DNA of 64,000 nt, from positions 55,609 through 119,608 of the forward strand of contig JAYKGU010000164.1 in assembly GCA_035285585.1 (NCBI GenBank), written 5' to 3'. Each line of letters opens with the position of its first letter. Position 1 is the first letter of the stretch. Of the stretch, positions 51,091-60,429 are shown in pieces. The DNA is from Synechococcales cyanobacterium. Lineage in GTDB: Bacteria > Cyanobacteriota > Cyanobacteriia > CAKZMO01. Made by a program: the position numbers and the translations under genes. The notes beneath the pieces were generated by a model that worked only from the letters and a program-made list of their open reading frames with translations, ran no database searches and was not told the DNA's origin.

Positions 51091-52583
51091 TAGGCGGCGT
51101 AGCGCTGTACGGCAGTGACCAGGTAATCCGTCCAGTGCTCCACCAGGTCCAGGCTAGCGGCTTCTACCATGACGCGAATCACGGGTTCAGTGCCCGAAGC
51201 TCTCACCAGAACGCGACCGCGATCGCCCATCTCAGATTCGGCGTGGGCGATCGCCCGCTGGAGTTCCTCCGAATCCTGCCAGGTGGAGCGCCGCTGGGGG
51301 TCTTCCACCCGCACGTTCTTCAGCACCTGGGGATAGGTCTGGAAGCTCTGATCTACTAAATTCGCCAGGGAACCGCCCGAGCGGCGCACCAGCATCGCCA
51401 GGTGCAGGGCCGTCAGGGTACCGTCCCCCGAAATGCCGTAGTGGGGACAGAGGACGTGGCCCGACTGTTCGCCCCCCAGCATGGCTCCCCGGCGCACCAT
51501 CTCGGCGTGGACGTGCTGGTCGCCTACGGGGGTGCGCACGAATACGCCGCCCGCCGCTTCCCAGGCCCGCTCAAACCCCAGGTTGGCCATCACCGTAGTA
51601 ACGATGGCGTTGCCGGGGAGCTTGCCCGCCTGCCGCAGGGACTGGCCCCAGAGGTAAAGAATGTAGTCGCCGTCCACCACCCGGCCTTGACCATCCACCG
51701 CAATCACCCGATCGGCATCACCGTCGAAGGCAAAGCCCAGGTCGGCATTGTGGTTGAGCACGGCAGCCTGAAGGGGAGCCAGATGGGTGGAGCCGCAGTT
51801 GACATTGATACGATCGCCATCCGGTCGGTCATGCAGGCACAGCACCGTCGCCCCCATCCGCTCAAAGGCCACCGGAGCCAGGGCCACCGCCGCCCCCCAG
51901 GCCAGATCCAGCACTACTTTCATGCCCGCTAGATTGGCCCGCAGACCCACTGAGCGGCGGAGGGAAGCCAGGTAATCGTTGAGCAAGTCCGGGCGGGCGA
52001 TGTAGCGATGCCAGGCGGGTGCTAAAGCATGGGTGACGGGCGATCGCAGCCCTACCTCAATCTGGGCCTGCTGGTCTGCCCCCAGCTTGGTGCCATCGGC
52101 TCCAAAGAATTTAATGCCGTTGTCCTCCGGCGGGTTGTGGCTGGCGGAGATCATGATGCCGCCAATGGCTGCCGTACTATGGGTTAGATAGGCCACGGCG
52201 GGGGTGGGGCACAGCCCCAGGTTCCAGACCTCCAGGCCAGCGGCGGTGAGGCCAGCGGTGAGGGCGATCGCCAGCATATCGCTGGAGTTGCGGGAATCCT
52301 GGCCGATGATCACCGGCCTCCCAGGGGACGCGCCGTGACGCTGCCACACCTGCCCGGCCCAGAACCCAATTTGGGCGGCCAGGGGCGCGGTGAGTAGCTG
52401 ACCGGCTTTGCCGCGAATGCCATCGGTGCCAAAAAGCTTGTTAGGGGGCAGCGTCAGGGTGCCCCAGAGATCCAGCGGCAGCAAATCAACGGGGTCAAGG
52501 GAGCGGGTAGCGGTCGCATCCCCCAACCGTCGTGCCCCCTGAAAAGATATTGGTAGTAGAACCATGCTCGAATCACTCCACAC
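51090..52583 (-). CDS. glmM: Phosphoglucosamine mutase
   Basis: [13 protein letters not shown]-terminal motif, the active-site Ser loop [18 protein letters not shown], and Mg-binding DGDADR. The true start is probably downstream of the longest ORF's first Met. Confidence 0.9.
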   Translation of the reverse strand: MWSDSSMVLLPISFQGARRLGDATATRSLDPVDLLPLDLWGTLTLPPNKLFGTDGIRGKAGQLLTAPLAAQIGFWAGQVWQRHGASPGRPVIIGQDSRNSSDMLAIALTAGLTAAGLEVWNLGLCPTPAVAYLTHSTAAIGGIMISASHNPPEDNGIKFFGADGTKLGADQQAQIEVGLRSPVTHALAPAWHRYIARPDLLNDYLASLRRSVGLRANLAGMKVVLDLAWGAAVALAPVAFERMGATVLCLHDRPDGDRINVNCGSTHLAPLQAAVLNHNADLGFAFDGDADRVIAVDGQGRVVDGDYILYLWGQSLRQAGKLPGNAIVTTVMANLGFERAWEAAGGVFVRTPVGDQHVHAEMVRRGAMLGGEQSGHVLCPHYGISGDGTLTALHLAMLVRRSGGSLANLVDQSFQTYPQVLKNVRVEDPQRRSTWQDSEELQRAIAHAESEMGDRGRVLVRASGTEPVIRVMVEAASLDLVEHWTDYLVTAVQRYAA

Positions 52584-52703
52584 ATCACACTCACATGGAG
52601 AATACCACCTTCATGAAGAAGTCTGAAGCTTTACCAACAGATTGGCAAAGGTGTGGAGCCTCCATGCTATTAAGTTACGCCCTACCCTACCCCATACCCG
52701 GAT

Positions 52704-53006
52704 TCAAACGCCAACCTCCTGGAAGAGAGATTGCATTTCCTCGACGGATAGTCCCGCCTGAATCACCTGGGGATTGCTGGGGTCAAACGGCCCCCGCAGG
52801 CGATCGATGGACTGCACCGCCGCCGTCTCGGGCAGCACGGGCACATCCGGGTCATAGGCGGTGGGCCGCATCAGGGAGCTGGAGAACCCCCGAAAAACGG
52901 CGATTTGATCCGGCTCGTCTCCAACCTGGACGTTTACAAGCAACACCTCATCGGGGCGGCGCAGGGTGTACTGCTCCAGCCGAATGCCAAAAGACGGGGA
53001 TGCCAT
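52704..53006 (-). CDS. Hypothetical protein (100 aa)
   Basis: ORF closely following the membrane protein gene (3-bp gap). No motif recognised. Confidence 0.4.
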   Translation of the reverse strand: MASPSFGIRLEQYTLRRPDEVLLVNVQVGDEPDQIAVFRGFSSSLMRPTAYDPDVPVLPETAAVQSIDRLRGPFDPSNPQVIQAGLSVEEMQSLFQEVGV

Positions 53007-53009
53007 GAC

Positions 53010-53609
53010 CTAGTGCTCCATGGCCGATCGCCCCTGTTTACCCAGCTTCACCAGCACAAAGTACCCCAGGCACAGCAGGTAAAACACCAGCGCCAGGATC
53101 CCCAGTACTCCCAGAAATCCCCGTGTCAGGTTGGCGTGAAAGTACTCCTTGAACAGCAGTGGAGCCTGACGCCAGACCTGGCAGTAGGGCAACCCAAAGG
53201 TTTCTTGCGAGAAGGCGCAGGAGAGGAACGGCAGGGTGGCGATCGCCCCCAGCCCACAGTACACGCTCACCGCCCAGCGCCAGGAGGTAAAAGCGAGCTT
53301 CAGCGGCGTGCGGGTCTGGTCGTCAATTTCGTCGTTGATGTCTACCCAGAACCACAGACTGATGGGAATTAGCACCCGCGCCATCACAGACGTCAGGAAG
53401 CTGAAGGGAAAGTTACCAATCATCAGATAAACGGTGATCGCCAGCAGGCTGGACACCCGCCAGTAAATGGTCAGCAGGCGCTGCAGGGCATCGGCCCGCC
53501 GCACAAAGGCCCAAATCAGCAAAATCAGCGGCAGAAGCACAGTGAACAATACCGCCAGCCGGTAGTCCATCCACACCAGCGATCGCAACAGGTCTTGGCT
53601 CATTTTCAA
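53010..53609 (-). CDS. Hypothetical integral membrane protein (5-6 TM, DUF3177-like)
   Basis: Hydrophobic helices throughout. Family recollection (DUF3177) is tentative. Confidence 0.5.
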   Translation of the reverse strand: MKMSQDLLRSLVWMDYRLAVLFTVLLPLILLIWAFVRRADALQRLLTIYWRVSSLLAITVYLMIGNFPFSFLTSVMARVLIPISLWFWVDINDEIDDQTRTPLKLAFTSWRWAVSVYCGLGAIATLPFLSCAFSQETFGLPYCQVWRQAPLLFKEYFHANLTRGFLGVLGILALVFYLLCLGYFVLVKLGKQGRSAMEH

Positions 53610-53654
53610 CTCGTCTAAAGTTTATATCGGTACCGGTTTCCAGTATCTCAAAAC

Positions 53655-54548
53655 TCACAACTTGTTAACCGACAGCCGATAGCTCAGGGTGGAACTGGCG
53701 GCGAATCCCGGTTTCAGCAGGCCGCTGACGGGGCTGGTCTGGTTGGGGAAGAAACTGGCCGTGAGGCCAATGTGGCGATCGCCCACCGCCAGCCCCAGGG
53801 TAGGGTCATAGCCCCGCCAGCCCGCCCCCGGCAGGTAGACTTCGGCCCAGGCATGGAGGTGCTGCTGCGTCACGGAGGAATCGCCCTCGTGGTAGCCGCT
53901 CACGAAGCGGGCCGCCAGCCCCACGGCCCGGCAGGCTTCCATGAACAGAACGGTAAAATCCCGGCAGGACCCCATCTGCTTGCCCCAGGTGAGGGCGGGG
54001 GGCAGGGGGGCACCCGTCTCTCGAATGACGTGGCGGCAGGTGTTGTAGATGCGCTGGTTGAGTTCCGAAAGAAACCCCACGGTGTTGCCTTCGGTGGCGT
54101 GGAGGATTTCCTGGGCCAGCTCTGTCACCACCGGGTCGGTCGCTGGGGTCAGGGTGAGGCAGTGGCGGGAGAGGTAGGGGGAAAGTTGGGTGTAGAGGGT
54201 GGTGGGGTAGTCGATGGGTAGCTGTGCCGCCCATTCTTTCAGCAGAAAGTCGAACGGGTTGACGCGGTGGGTTTTCACTTCGGATAGGGCTTCCACCGTA
54301 AAGTTTGGGGTCTCTGAGTCGTCAAACCGCAGGTGGAGGGCCGAACTGCCGTCTAGCTCCACGGTTTTGCTCTGGGCGATCGCCCCTGGCTTCACCTCTA
54401 GAGAGAAGGCGTGCAGGGACTGGGTGCTGTCGCAGCGGGGGCGCAGGCGGAGGATGTGGGTATCCAGGCCCACCGGGCGATCGTACTGGTAGGAGAGGGC
54501 GTGGCGGATTTGATAGCGCATGGCGTCAGGACACAGGCTGGAGATCAA
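53655..54548 (-). CDS. Transglutaminase-like superfamily protein
   Basis: N-terminal bacterial transglutaminase-N region, then the core QMGSCRDFTVLFMEACRAVGLAARFVSGY (Cys nucleophile) with downstream His and Asp. Overlaps the alpha-E gene by 23 bp. Confidence 0.8.
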   Translation of the reverse strand: MISSLCPDAMRYQIRHALSYQYDRPVGLDTHILRLRPRCDSTQSLHAFSLEVKPGAIAQSKTVELDGSSALHLRFDDSETPNFTVEALSEVKTHRVNPFDFLLKEWAAQLPIDYPTTLYTQLSPYLSRHCLTLTPATDPVVTELAQEILHATEGNTVGFLSELNQRIYNTCRHVIRETGAPLPPALTWGKQMGSCRDFTVLFMEACRAVGLAARFVSGYHEGDSSVTQQHLHAWAEVYLPGAGWRGYDPTLGLAVGDRHIGLTASFFPNQTSPVSGLLKPGFAASSTLSYRLSVNKL

Positions 54549-55476
54549 AGAAGGTTTCGCAAACGGCTGTGCCCACCAGATTGAGCCGCTTTTGGATACT
54601 ATCTAGGAATTCGTGCAGACCGCTCTGCATAATTTCCTCAATTGTGAGGTATTCCAGCTCGGAGCGCAGGCGGCTCAGGGAGCGATCAGCGGCACTCGAC
54701 CAGCGGCCAAATTTGCTGCCGGTAATTTCATAGAGGGACTGCTCGGCCTGGAGCACGCAGAAATGAATGGAGCGGGGAAATTCCCGGTCCAGAATCAGAA
54801 ACCTGGCCACCTCGGCGGGCAGGATGCGGTGCTGGCACTTGCGATACATCTCGTAGGCACTGGCGGACTTGAGCAGGGCGATCCACTGCAATTCGTCCAG
54901 GGTGGTGCCCACATACTTAACCGACGGCAGCAGAATAAAGTACTTCACGTCCAGAATACGGGTGGTTTTGTCCGCCCGCTCCAGCAGGCGACCAATGCGG
55001 CCAAAGTGCCAGCCCTCGTTGTGGGACATGGTGGCGCTGGTCACCCCAGCGAACAGGTGGCTGGCCATTTTCACTTCCGCAAAAAAGCTGGACAGTTGGG
55101 CCAGACTGCTATCCCACGAAGCCTCCTTCACCATGATGTAGAAGGCGTTAATCTGCTCCCACATTTCCGAGGAAATAATTTCCCGCACGGAGCGGGCGTT
55201 TTCCCGCGCCGCCCGCACGCAGGAGAGGATGGAATTGGGGTAGTCCGTATCAAAGGTGAGGAACTGGATGACGTTTTCAGCGGAGGCTTCCCCATAGCGC
55301 TCGGTGAACAGGGCTAAATCCCCGGTGGTCACCACCAGGGGCCGCCACTGCTGCTCGGTGCCGATGGGCAGATCCAGCAGCAGGTTAAGGTTGACGTCGA
55401 TAAAGCGGGCCACGTTTTCCGCCCGCTCCACGTAGCGGTTGAGCCAGTAAATTGAATCGGCCACCCGACTCAGCAT
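54526..55476 (-). CDS. Alpha-E domain protein (DUF403)
   Basis: MLSRVADSIYWLNRYVERAENVARFIDVN is the hallmark N-terminus of alpha-E proteins. It sits in the conserved position between the circularly-permuted ATP-grasp and transglutaminase genes. Confidence 0.85.
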   Translation of the reverse strand: MLSRVADSIYWLNRYVERAENVARFIDVNLNLLLDLPIGTEQQWRPLVVTTGDLALFTERYGEASAENVIQFLTFDTDYPNSILSCVRAARENARSVREIISSEMWEQINAFYIMVKEASWDSSLAQLSSFFAEVKMASHLFAGVTSATMSHNEGWHFGRIGRLLERADKTTRILDVKYFILLPSVKYVGTTLDELQWIALLKSASAYEMYRKCQHRILPAEVARFLILDREFPRSIHFCVLQAEQSLYEITGSKFGRWSSAADRSLSRLRSELEYLTIEEIMQSGLHEFLDSIQKRLNLVGTAVCETFFDLQPVS

Positions 55477-55555
55477 GGGTTTCTCCTTTGGCGATCGCCA
55501 TCGTCATGTTTTAAAAAATGCCTAAATGTCTGAACTATCTGGAGGGGGGCTGGAT

Positions 55556-57013
55556 TTAGGCCACCACCCAGGTATCTTTGCTGCCGCCGCCCTGGGAGGA
55601 ATTGACCACCAGCGATCCCCGCTTCAGGGCGACGCGGGTGAGGCCACCGGGGTTCACGTAAATCTCTTCGCCGTAGAGAATGTAGGGGCGCAGATCGACG
55701 TGGCAGCCCTCGAAGCGATCGCCAATCAGCGTGGGCACCCGCGACAGGCTAAGGGTGGGCTGGGCGATGTAGTTGCGGGGGGTGGCCCGGATGCGCTCGG
55801 CAAAGAGTTCCCGCTCTGCCTGGGTGGCCTGGGTGCCCACCAGCATGCCGTAGCCCCCCGACTCGTTAGCCGACTTCACCACCAGCTTGTCTAAATTGGC
55901 GAGGACGTGCGACTGCTGCTCTGGCTCCCAGCAGAGGTAGGTGGGCACGTTGGGAATGATCTGGTCTTCCCCCAGGTAGTAGCGGATCATGGCGGGCACG
56001 TAGGCGTAGATTACCTTGTCGTCGGCCACCCCGGTGCCCAGGGCGTTGGCGATCGCCACTCGTCCGGCCCGATACACTTCCATCAACCCCGGCACCCCCA
56101 GCAGCGAGTCGGGGCGAAACGCCTGGGGATCAATAAAGTCGTCGTCAATGCGGCGATACACCACGTCCACCCGTTCCAGCCCCTTGGTGGTGCGCATCTT
56201 CAGATAGCCGTCCGCCACCACCAGATCCCGGCCTTCCACCAGCTCAACCCCCATCTGCTGCGCCAGGAAAGAGTGCTCGAAGTAGGCCGAATTGTAGATG
56301 CCGGGGGTGAGCACCACCACGGTGGGGTCGGGCAGGGTAGGGGGAGTCAGGTTCAGCAGCGTCTCCAGCAGCTGGCTGGCGTAATCGTCTACCGCCTGAA
56401 TGCTCATGGAGTTAAAGAGCTGGGGAAAGGTGCTCTTCATCACGCGGCGGTTTTCCAGCACGTAGGACACCCCCGATGGGCAGCGGAGATTGTCTTCCAG
56501 GACGTACCACTGGCCGTCGCGATCGCGCACCAGGTCGGTGCCGGTGATGTGGCACCAGATCTGCTGGGGCGGCACCAGCTCCAGGCAGGGCTTGTGAAAC
56601 CCTGACGCCGAAAAAATCAGCTCTGCCGGAATCACCCTGTCCTGGAGGATTTTTTGTGGGCCGTAAATGTCATTCAAAAACAGGTTGAGAGCATGAATTC
56701 GCTGCTTCAGCCCCTGCTCCAGCCATCTCCATTCGTGGGTAGACACAATGCGAGGCACGATATCGAAGGGCAGAATGCGCTCGGTCCCCTGGTTGTCGCT
56801 GTACACGTTAAACGTGACCCCCACCCGATAGAGGGCATTCTGCGCCGCCTGCTTACGCTGCTGTAAATCTTCTACCGAAAGCGAACTCAGCCGCTCGATT
56901 AACAGCGCTGCCTCTGGCCGGGGCTGACCGGGTGCCTCAAATAGCTCATCGTAAAAGTGCTCTGGGTCGTATTCGTTAAGCTGCACAGGACTCGACTGCC
57001 TACTTCTTCGCAA
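55556..57013 (-). CDS. Circularly permuted type-2 ATP-grasp protein (DUF404/DUF407)
   Basis: 485 aa with blocks characteristic of the permuted ATP-grasp amidoligase family ([43 protein letters not shown]). Confidence 0.85.
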   Translation of the reverse strand: MRRSRQSSPVQLNEYDPEHFYDELFEAPGQPRPEAALLIERLSSLSVEDLQQRKQAAQNALYRVGVTFNVYSDNQGTERILPFDIVPRIVSTHEWRWLEQGLKQRIHALNLFLNDIYGPQKILQDRVIPAELIFSASGFHKPCLELVPPQQIWCHITGTDLVRDRDGQWYVLEDNLRCPSGVSYVLENRRVMKSTFPQLFNSMSIQAVDDYASQLLETLLNLTPPTLPDPTVVVLTPGIYNSAYFEHSFLAQQMGVELVEGRDLVVADGYLKMRTTKGLERVDVVYRRIDDDFIDPQAFRPDSLLGVPGLMEVYRAGRVAIANALGTGVADDKVIYAYVPAMIRYYLGEDQIIPNVPTYLCWEPEQQSHVLANLDKLVVKSANESGGYGMLVGTQATQAERELFAERIRATPRNYIAQPTLSLSRVPTLIGDRFEGCHVDLRPYILYGEEIYVNPGGLTRVALKRGSLVVNSSQGGGSKDTWVVA

Positions 57014-57117
57014 TGGGTCTCAATTTGACTAATCATTAGAGGCTGGAGAACCCGCAAGCTGTAAAATTCGCTACAACTTAATTTTCGCTTTAGATTTGCC
57101 CTGGCCAGGGCTGTTGG

Positions 57118-57262
57118 CCTGATTGACTGACAAAAGTTTCAAATGTAGGTTGGCGTTGAGCGAAGCGAAACCCAACACCAGCGAGGGTTATGTTGGGTTT
57201 CGCTAGCGCTCTACCCAACCTACAGCAGAATAAGGGTTTCAAGAATTTTGTCAGTCAATCAG
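57118..57262. mobile_element. MITE, copy C, flanked by 9-bp target-site duplication GCTGTTGGC
   Basis: CTGATTGACTGACAAAAG ... AATTTTGTCAGTCAATCAG termini with GCTGTTGGC directly repeated on both flanks. The internal palindromic core is shared with the 50993-51090 element. Confidence 0.8.
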
Positions 57263-57282
57263 GCTGTTGGCCTTAAGGTTCC

Positions 57283-57375
57283 GGCTTAAAGCGGGACAAA
57301 ACTGACAGAACAGTGAGATATAGCGAGATAATTAGCGCTCCGCCGTCTCACCTCAGCTTGATACCCAATTTCAAA
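57283..57375. repeat. Imperfect direct repeat, copy 1 (GCTTAAAGCGGGACAAAACT...GATACCCAA), paired with 58661-58740
   Basis: Shares GCTTAA(A/G)(G/T)CGGGACAAAA(C/T)T and (T/G)ATACCCAA blocks with the second copy. A third CTTAAGTCGAGACAGTCGGG occurs at about 57663. Confidence 0.4.
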
Positions 57376-57508
57376 GTAAGAAAGCAAAAAAAGCCGACTT
57401 TTGCCGACTTTTTAATACATCTGCTCAGCAGGTTTTCAGGATGCTTAAACGGTATTTGGGGATGGTAATGATATTAGGGATTAGGGAAAGATTGCGAAAT
57501 CGCGATCG

Positions 57509-57540
57509 CCCCGGTTTTCTAACATGAATTTAATTGTGCC
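57509..57540. repeat. Half copy of the palindromic terminator-like element (CCCCGGTTTTCTAACATGAATTTAATTGTGCC)
   Basis: Exact 31-nt reverse-complement match to the left arm and flank of copy 2 (17859-17890). Confidence 0.75.
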
Positions 57541-57789
57541 AACCTATTTATTAATAAGTAGTTAAACAAAATTATTTGCTTGGGTGCGTGCATCCCCGCC
57601 GGGAGCACATACACCCACAAGTTGCAGTTAATTGTGCTCAAGCACCTAGATCAAATAAAAAAGGATATCAACTTAAGTCGAGACAGTCGGGCGCGGCGCA
57701 CCCCACTGTCTCGCTAATTTTATGATTTGCCAAAAATTAAAGCGATCGCCCAGGGGTATCTGGCAAATGGCGATCGCCCAACGTTTGCC

Positions 57790-58047
57790 TTAGCGTAATT
57801 TCAGGCTCTGGCCGCCCTCCCGGTGGGAGACAGCATCTAGCCACTCGCCAACCGCTGCCACAAGGGCTGAGGCGTCATTAAAGTGCCCTCGTTCCACCTG
57901 GGCGATGGCATGGTGCATTAAGTTAACAACAACCTGAACGCTCACATCCTCAGGCTTGGGCCGATCTGTACTTTGAGTAAAACTTAAGCTCATAATCTCA
58001 CCAAAGGAAACGCTATTTTGACAGGGACATAGATCGTCTAGCAGCAC
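57790..58047 (-). CDS. Small hypothetical protein (67-85 aa)
   Basis: ORF in an AT-rich, otherwise ORF-poor segment. Composition looks protein-like from MSLSFTQSTDRPKPEDVSVQVVVNLMHHAIAQVERGHF. No homology recognised. Confidence 0.3.
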   Translation of the reverse strand: MLLDDLCPCQNSVSFGEIMSLSFTQSTDRPKPEDVSVQVVVNLMHHAIAQVERGHFNDASALVAAVGEWLDAVSHREGGQSLKLR

Positions 58048-58660
58048 TTAGCTATAGAAAAAAAACGACGTCGGCTGACTCCTAGTGCTTTGGGAAACTT
58101 CGCATTACCGACTGAAGTTATCATCAGACATAAGGTGGCTAGATGTCTATAAAGTTGGCGTAAAAATAGGGCAAATTAAGTGGAAGTCGCACCTCCCTAA
58201 CGGTAAATCAATGAGGCTAAATTCTTTCGAAAACCCCTAAATTTAGTGTTAGGAACCGCGTCGACAAATTGAACAGGTGGTAGAAAAACCTCGCTGAAAC
58301 TTGGTAGACGTAGCAGACGGTCGCGTTTAGCTGCCCACGTCTACAATCTAAAGATAGAATGTGACTTTCTTGTGAAAACCTGGGGGGCGATCGCCCAATC
58401 TGGCACTGTAATAATCTCGCTTTTTATTTTCTTTTTTTAGATTGTTTTTTGAGCTACCCCTGTACAAAGCAAGAAGCGGGAATGCAGTACGTTCGGTGCG
58501 CCTGGGAGCTTGAAATCTGGGCCTATGGCCGCAGCAATCACGGTAGCAGTCTGCGGGGAAGAAATTTATTCGTAAACATTTTGATTCGGCAGATAAGGAT
58601 AATTTTCCACAATTAGGGATATTAAGAATAAACAACTATGGGCGGAAGTCGCTGGGTTTT

Positions 58661-58740
58661 CGCTTAAGTCGGGACAAAATTAGCGGGAAATTGAGACACT
58701 CAGTGTCCCGCTTTCCCGCCTTAAGTTAATACCCAAAACC
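58661..58740. repeat. Imperfect direct repeat, copy 2 (GCTTAAGTCGGGACAAAATT...AATACCCAA)
   Basis: See 57283-57375. Also contains local dyad symmetry (AGCGGGAAA/TTTCCCGCT, GGGACA/TGTCCC). Confidence 0.4.
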
Positions 58741-58744
58741 TTTA

Positions 58745-59221
58745 TTAGGCGTATTCGTCGAGAAATCTATCCAGAACTTCGTCAGGCTCATCCTCAATCT
58801 CATCCGTTAGCGATGGCTTATTCGGCCTGCTGGCTGGCTCTGCGGCTGACGTTGACGACGATGCGGCAAACGACCATAAAATTTCATCAGGCTCGTCGAA
58901 TTCGTCCTCCTCTACATCTGTCAGCGGTTTGATGGGCGTAGACGCCGCTCGATGAGCCGCCCCCCTTCCCTGGGACGTATCCATCAGGGGAACGGGCAAG
59001 TGGAGGCGATCTACTTTTGCTTCCAGGGCTGTCAAACGGGCCGTGAGGGAGGCGATCGCCTCCTTCTCCCCAGCCGCTGAATAGAGGGCTTCCGCGATGC
59101 GGTCATAGAGCCATTCTGCGCGGGTTTGCCCCAGCCCTGCGCAAAGGGCATCAATGCGGGCTGCCCACCCCTGGGGAATCGATGCGGTAATCAGTTCATG
59201 GTGGGGGGGCAACTGATTCAT
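58745..59221 (-). CDS. Ribbon-helix-helix (CopG/Arc-like) protein with coiled-coil and an acidic C-terminal tail
   Basis: LITASIPQGWAARIDALCAGLGQTRAEWLYDRIAEAL fits the RHH beta-strand plus two helices. It is followed by EKEAIASLTARLTALEAKVDRL and a DEEDEFDEPDE-type acidic tail. It lies immediately downstream of the patatin gene on the same strand. Confidence 0.5.
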   Translation of the reverse strand: MNQLPPHHELITASIPQGWAARIDALCAGLGQTRAEWLYDRIAEALYSAAGEKEAIASLTARLTALEAKVDRLHLPVPLMDTSQGRGAAHRAASTPIKPLTDVEEDEFDEPDEILWSFAASSSTSAAEPASRPNKPSLTDEIEDEPDEVLDRFLDEYA

Positions 59222-59296
59222 TTCTCTGGCTCCAGTTTGATCGTTTTCGATCCTTCTTGCAGGATACAACCATATTGTCCCCTGGGCTGGCTGTTT

Positions 59297-60427
59297 TCAG
59301 GGATGCAGAAACCCGGCGAAGTCAGCCGCATCCACCTGTTCGTGGGCGATCGCCTGCCCAATGCGTCTAAAATTGGCGATCTCCTCGACATTGTCCATGC
59401 GGCTAACAGCGTTAGCGTCAATGTCCCCCAGGGTCGTGTTCCCTAATCTGAGGGACTGCAGGCGTTTCGGGGTCAGGGCAACGGTGTAGCGATGGTAGGT
59501 GAGCAACTGGTTCGTAGCGGTTAGCTCCACGTGGCGCATGGGATTGACCAGGCTTTCAACCGCATCCTTCTCATCGGTTTGCGATCTGGGCTGATAGCTG
59601 ATCAGATTAATGATGGCGTTTTGCTGGAGGTTGGCGTCATCCATCAGGGTGGAGGCGGCATATCGTGCCCAGTCCACCATGTTAAACCGGCCCACCCGTC
59701 CCACTGGTTCGACCGCTGGATTCCCCGATCCAGTACCAACCGAGATGAGCAGTACCTTGTCAGCTCCCGTTTCCCAACCCACGTTATATTCTGGCTTGGT
59801 AGCTTCCAGAAAAAGTTGAAAGGATGGATTGTTGAACATACTCATGCCGCCGTCAATGAACTCATACTTGCCGCTGACGGTCAAAATTGGATGGGGCGGA
59901 AAAAACGTCGGTGCGGCTGAGCTGGCCCGAATCAAGTCCCGCAGTTTGAGCGCCTTGTCGTTTTTGTAGTACCGGCCCTTGGGGTTGTTGACAAAAAACC
60001 AGGTTTCTCCAGTAGTGGCGTTTTTGGCCACAATCAGCAGCAGCGTTTTCAGCTTCTCAGAACCCAGCTCTGTGTCCTGGAATTCTTCCTGGAGCTTGGC
60101 TTCGAGGGCTTGCGGACTGTAGGTAGACCAGAATCGCTGAACCATATTCCAGCGCTTGCGAAAAATACTGGAACCGCTCTCAATATAAAAGTCCCGCACC
60201 TGGCGAGCCGACATGCCTTTGGCCAAGGCTGCCGCAAGAATCGACCCGGTGCTGGTGCCGCCAATGAAATCAAAATAGTCGGCCAGACAGGTCCAGTTGG
60301 GATTGTGCGCCCGCAACAGATCTTCCATGCGAATTAGCACTTCCGCCGCAATAATGCCGCGAATACCGCCACCATCCAGAGATAACAAGCGTTTTGGTCG
60401 GTTGACACCCTGCTTCAGCAAATCCAT
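59297..60427 (-). CDS. Patatin-like phospholipase
   Basis: Oxyanion hole LSLDGGGIRG, the nucleophile elbow GGTSTGS and the catalytic Asp in FIDGGM (DGG). The start is taken at MDLLKQG, because the longer track ORF would overlap tnpB. Confidence 0.85.
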   Translation of the reverse strand: MDLLKQGVNRPKRLLSLDGGGIRGIIAAEVLIRMEDLLRAHNPNWTCLADYFDFIGGTSTGSILAAALAKGMSARQVRDFYIESGSSIFRKRWNMVQRFWSTYSPQALEAKLQEEFQDTELGSEKLKTLLLIVAKNATTGETWFFVNNPKGRYYKNDKALKLRDLIRASSAAPTFFPPHPILTVSGKYEFIDGGMSMFNNPSFQLFLEATKPEYNVGWETGADKVLLISVGTGSGNPAVEPVGRVGRFNMVDWARYAASTLMDDANLQQNAIINLISYQPRSQTDEKDAVESLVNPMRHVELTATNQLLTYHRYTVALTPKRLQSLRLGNTTLGDIDANAVSRMDNVEEIANFRRIGQAIAHEQVDAADFAGFLHP

Positions 60428-60429
60428 CG

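Noticed and set aside
58348-58635. 95-aa minus-strand ORF in the AT-rich segment
   Set aside because: Low-complexity, Lys/Asn-rich C-terminus encoded by an A/T homopolymer-rich stretch. Probably a spurious ORF.
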